From NCBI GenBank assembly GCA_047495785.1, contig JBLDXI010000001.1, forward strand, positions 1,798,001-1,862,000: a stretch of DNA of 64,000 nucleotides, read 5' to 3'. A model generated the notes under the pieces. It was not told where the DNA came from and searched no databases. It saw only the letters and a program-made list of their open reading frames with translations. Source of the DNA: Lepidodermella squamata (Eukaryota; Animalia; Gastrotricha). Position 1 is the stretch's first letter. Every line of letters begins with the position of its first letter. Positions 59,995 through 64,000 of this stretch are shown in pieces. The position numbers were made by a program, and so were the translations under genes.

Positions 59995-62900
59995 TCACTC
60001 AAGAAAAAAGGGTTGCTTTTTACCGAAAAGCGGCTCGTCTTTTGGATGCTCATTAGGGGTGGGTATCTCTTCATTTTTTCTGGGGGTAGAAAGCGGGGGA
60101 GGACGGATATGTGAGCTTACACCTGTGACTACAAGAAAGTTCTCTTTTTTCTTCAGTATCTCGTCACGTGATATTGCTAAGTAGGGCCATTGGCGACCTG
60201 GCCGAAGGTAAGGCTCCAGGAGTACAGCTTGATGTTCGATGGCCGCTTGGACTCGCTTGTCGTCGAACAAGAATTCGAGAAGTCGGCTTTTGTTGATGGT
60301 TTTGGCGGGTAGAGAGTCTGCAAGGTTGAATGTAGGCGTGGGAGTCCGAGGGGGCGTCCAGTCTCCATGCTTTTCGAAATGATTTGCCTTATTCCAGACT
60401 TCCTTCGCCACAGCCTTAACTGGTTCTTTAACTTCAGATCATAAAAATCAGTAAGGAAGCTGTCCAATGACATATGGAAAAGAAAAGTGTTTCAATTAAT
60501 TACCTTCAAGCGTGAGTAACATCGGTTGAACTAACTTAGCTTCTTTTGGAGCTTGCGATGGAGTTGCCGAAGGCTGAAAGTTCGAAAAAATCATTAAAGA
60601 TCTGCCTTTCAATTCAATTGACTGTTTCATACCGGGTGATTGAAAGTTGGCGTTTCGGAATTCATCAGTGGTGTAGTCGGAGGAGGATCCAGCTCACTGG
60701 AAAGTTCGCTGATAAAAGCCGCCTTAATCGAAAGGAAGAAACTTACTGTGGAGTGTGCTTCCTAAAGGCTGCAAGGAAGTGGTTTTTACCGAGAAACGTC
60801 AATTGATGACCTAATTTAGGTAGATGCTTCACCGGCTCTCTACAAAGGTTTAGTTTCTATAGGAATTCAGCTAATAATTGACAACTTACGACATTGATCG
60901 GTAGTCTAAATCCAAAGTTGTGTGTTCGCGTTTCTTTACTAGTAACTCTGGCGACATGTATTCGGGATAGACTGATTGCTTGAGAGGCGGCGGAAACATT
61001 CGTCTTTGAACGACCCGTTTCGAAGTAGTCATCGTTGGCACCCAAATCGGAACATTGAGCTGGCTTTTTCGCTGAGTAGCTGCGTGCCGGAATAGTGTTG
61101 TTATGACATGTTCTCGCTCGCAATCTCCTTCAAAAAGCAATTCTCGGAGGGCTAGGGCAGCGTCGGTTTTCGACTCATTTGTTTTAGTCAGTCGCCTACC
61201 AAGCTGCTTGTCCTTCTCACAATCTCGCAGTCGTTTCTTGTCGGGCTTTCTAACTGAATTCAGCTGTGCCAAATGAGCGTTCATGGACTCATCGTCGACG
61301 GTTACCACGCTTACTGTGGTCGGCTTCATTACGTAATTCATTTCGAACAAGTCTTAGGCTCATAGAAAAATCTCAGCATTATATCGCAAATCCCGTTATG
61401 ATTTGCATCGCACTTTCGAGGAGGTCATCAATGTTTTATTAAGCGAAGAAAACGATAGACCTAACCCACATTAGAGCAGGTCATTAGGAAAATCCATCGA
61501 GACCTAGCAACGCACCATTCCAAGTGGTCACCTGGCAATCTGGAGCAGTGATTAGCAGCATCGATTTAAAACAACATATGTCTATTACGACACTTCTTCA
61601 ATTTTATTTAGCACCGATAATTTCTACAGAAACAAAATGGGTTTTTTTAATCCAACTGGACATCGGAAAGCACTGACCATGACTAAATGCAGGGATTAAA
61701 AGTCTACATGAAAATCCTTGTTTGGAAAGTACCTTACCTTCAAAAAGTCAAAATAACGGGTATGATATAGCGTTGAAAGGACAGTTGTAGGTGAGTGGTA
61801 GAAATGATCTAAGCATTCGTTGTAATCGCCCTCCGCGGCAGCTGCTTCGACTTCTTCCGCGTTTGCAGCGCCGCTCAAGCTAACGACGAGGTTTTGTTCT
61901 ACAAAGGGACAGAAAGGAAAGAAGCAAAGTATAAGCGCTGGGGTCTACTGATAACCTAAAATAGGCTAGATTTACCACGAAGCAAACGTTTTTCCTTTCG
62001 GTTTCCGACGAGAGTATGACGGTTAACGTCCTTAGTGAGCCCTGCAGAAATGCGAGGAGGCTTATTCTTTTTCTTCTTCGAGACATTGCGGTCTGGGGTG
62101 AAAACAGCTAACTCTTCTCCGCTATAAACCAAATGCATTAGCAATAGTAAACAATAATTTGCTTATAACTAACTTTACGGCGTAGAAAACGACCTGGCCT
62201 TGGATTGGGCTCGAGATACCATCTTCAGGTAGTGAGTCAGTGAGGCCTTTTCCTTTTCGCTTTTTTCGACGATTCTTTGCAATTTTTGTTGACTCGTCAA
62301 GAGGCTGCTCACGTTCCAATTGATGGAACGGAGTAGGTGACTTGGAGAGAATGCTTATCGAAACCACATGACCATCTGGGTCTTGCAGTGTGGCCGGCAC
62401 AGTTGGTGTCATAGAGGTTCCACTATTGACAATTAGGTCATTCGGAACACTTTCTCGCCTTCCATGACCTGAATTCACGCGAAGGTCGGGTGACTGGCGA
62501 GGTGTGAGAAGCGAAGGCATTTGCTTGCTAGCTATTTTAGCCAGATGTTTGGCCGATGCCGGGAATCCACTCGGAGGCTTACCTGTGACAACGACGCTAT
62601 GTTTTAATACCTCAGTGGGCTTTGAGGAATCAAGGGTAAATGACTTTTCGGTGATGAAAAACGTTTGTTGTGACATCGTGTCGCCTTCATCGTCCGGCTC
62701 AGGGCTGTATTGAACGGCACGATCGACGGTTCTCACGACGGGTTTTACAGGTTCCTGGGACTTGATAGGCTTCGGGAGCTTCTTAATGGGCGGTTTGACC
62801 AGGACTAGCGACATCGTTTTCGACCGATCCATTCGTGCCTTTTCCAGGCCTGAGTTACGCTTCATATCAAAACCAGACCCTTTTACATTGAAATCGACCG

Positions 62901-63650
62901 GGGAGTTTTCTTCCATCTTCTGTAGTTTCGTCGTACCTCTGAAGGGAATGATTTTCGGTAGAGGCTTGAATGTATCGCTCATGGGCGGTGGCTGGGAGAT
63001 TTTATCGTCCATCACCTTAGGTCTAGACTTCTGGGTTAATGAAAGGCCTTTGACTGGAGGGGCAAGGCGGCGAGGAATTAGAAGACCGATGCCCTCGCAA
63101 TCCTTCTTCCAGCGAGTAATCCACGTGCTGAGATTGTTCAGGTCAACTACGGAATCTTTAACGTTGGTTTTTTGTTTCCCAGGGGAAACGGACGAATTTT
63201 CTCTAGAGTAAGGCACCATCATTGATGAGGAATGCGTTCTGATAGACGGGCTTTCAAAGGCTTTCCTAGAAGGAGATGCAATCGTCGGCAAGGCCATTGC
63301 CTTCTCAATCTCAGCCTCCGGAACAGGTAATGCAACTCGAATTTTTAAACGATGCTCTTCATTTTGTTTCGATGGAAGCGCATAAGCATTCGAAAGGCGG
63401 GTTGCAGGAATATGTTTGCGATACTTGAGCAGCCGCTCGGGTGATTTTGGCACCGGTGCTGATTTCAGCGAGATTTTTGTCTGGAATTGCTTTCTTTGAA
63501 TAACAGAAATGGAGATTACTGCCGGGTAAATGCATTTTAAAATACCTTGTTGAAAAGCCGGGAGCCCATGCCAACGTTTTGTTTTCTTCGGAATTCGGCT
63601 CCGACAATATTTTGTTGCCAGGCTGCCTCATTTCCGGCATTGAAGGCATT
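59995..63650 (-). CDS. Unidentified multi-exon protein, largely basic/Ser-Pro-rich and probably disordered
   Basis: Chain of minus-strand ORFs (62122-63453, 61956-62144, 61696-61878, 60886-61350, 59995-60411) separated by ~50-nt GT-AG-bounded gaps. No domain recognised, and the start is uncertain. Confidence 0.6.
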
Positions 63651-64000
63651 CGCCTGAAGAATATATGTGGTCTTTTATCCGTTAGCATGAAAGAATTCTT
63701 ACCCCAAATCCCCCGGCATCAGTCTCACCCTTGTCTCAAAGAACAGAGCATATGGGAAAACAACACCTTCATTGTTCTAATCTCGATGCGAAACACGTAG
63801 AATTGTCAGTGGTTGTTGTTCTCTCATAACTGAATGTAAAACGGCATAACGGTTCGCGCTGATTATTGATTCGCGACCTTGTTTTTACGCTGAATAAAGC
63901 ACGCGCATTTGATGATGTCACTCTCCAACGGCAACGCGTTAATATTTTAACGAGCGGCCAGCCCTCGCTCGTACGCTTGCGCTAGAGGGGGTGTAGGGCT

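Overview
This window is from a compact animal (metazoan) genome, not a prokaryote. It has multi-exon genes with short (~45-60 nt) GT-AG introns, and almost all genes lie on the minus strand. Left to right it contains: a secreted 7x Sushi/CCP protein; a GPI-type carboxyl/cholinesterase (CE1); a tight head-to-tail array of nine tiny coiled-coil/zinc-finger genes plus one truncated copy; three more cholinesterase-fold genes (CE2 catalytic, CE3 and CE4 lacking the catalytic Ser); a housekeeping block (PP1 inhibitor-2, SCPx, intronless GALNT7-like, stand-alone SCP2, METTL1/Trm8); an atypical tetraspanin-like gene with a very long tail; four recently duplicated secreted carboxylesterases (CE5-CE8) interrupted by nested transposon remnants; and an unidentified multi-exon gene. 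The best candidate for an undescribed system is the zinc-finger mini-gene array at 5.9-11.6 kb. Most members share a C-x-H-x3-C-x2-C cap, a leucine coiled coil and a C2H2+C2HC finger pair with diversified recognition helices. The genes are mostly 56-144 bp apart, with splice-acceptor-like sites just before the start codons, which suggests a polycistronic, combinatorially dimerising DNA-binding repertoire. Exon structures were assembled by eye. No database searches were run, so novelty and the species are not established.
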